DNA of 64,000 nt from the human T2T-CHM13v2.0 reference genome, Homo sapiens. Positions 63,326-64,000 of the stretch are shown here, one piece after another. The notes under the pieces were generated by a model. It ran no database searches. It was not told where the DNA came from and saw nothing but the letters and a program-made list of their open reading frames with translations. The translations under genes were made by a program, and so were the position numbers. Each line of letters begins with the position of its first letter. The stretch's first letter is position 1. The stretch lies in the NCBI RefSeq assembly GCF_009914755.1, contig NC_060927.1; one strand, 5' to 3'.

Positions 63326-64000
63326 CAGTTGAGGGGAGGGGCTGCCTACTGCACAAACATTTAAAACTATTGTGATTCATTTAGTGTTTGTCAAATAGAG
63401 TCAGCCATATTGGTCATAAACAGATAATTAATTTTTAAATAAGAATATAATAAGATAACACTATAACTACAATAGATGATTTCTACTCTCCTTGACAATT
63501 CAAAGGTGTTTTAGCTTACAAGGACCACTTTGTCAGAGTTATCCATTTGTGCATATATAATCATTAATCTAAACTAAAATAAGAAGTGATTTTAGGGGAA
63601 AAATGTTCCCAGTAAGAAGATGCTGATTAAATTAGTTTTTAATGCAATTGGGAGGAAATTCCTTAATGTATTTAAGAAAAAAAGTACTTTTTTGTAGACT
63701 ATTCTGCAACTGTTTTGTTTGATTCACATTTTCTAATGAAAAAAATACATTACAAATGAAGTGAATGGACCATAATACATGCCCTATGCCAGTGTGAATG
63801 ATGGATGGGCTCCAAGAAGAAACAACCAATGTCCACGATAGGCTTGTAATAATAGAATAAGTCTTTGGTTTTCTGAGGCCAATGGAAGTGAAAGTGTTTA
63901 ATGATCCCATTTTACAAATCAATAATTTCCACTATCTGTCAGTATTCTTTTGTTTTCTTTTCATTCTATTATTCTATTCAATTTGGTTTTCTAGTTTTAT

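Overview
AT-rich, repeat-dense mammalian genomic DNA. It is almost certainly human, because it carries an AluYa8-type element. I recognise no cellular protein-coding gene, RNA gene or CRISPR array. Nearly every long ORF in the track is a retroelement remnant (L1 ORF1/ORF2, ERV-L pol, MaLR internal ORF), an Alu read-through or low-complexity sequence. The main components are a dead, near-full-length L1PA (1-5204) inserted into the LTR of an antisense ERV-L provirus (to ~8935), which itself carries a young AluYa8; Tigger3; an MLT1A provirus; a complete THE1 provirus; several solo LTRs, Alus, old L1M/L2/MIR fragments and microsatellites. I found no evidence for a new multi-gene biological system. 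The most interesting signals are mechanistic fossils: a probable L1 3' transduction with an 15-18 bp TSD (21523-22013), a twin-primed inverted L1 (18904-19748), a tail-less internal L1 fragment, and two short local dispersed duplications (18149/21172 and 62363/63102). There are also a few speculative regulatory and splice-signal clusters. Subfamily names come from my recall of consensus sequences and need Dfam/RepeatMasker confirmation.
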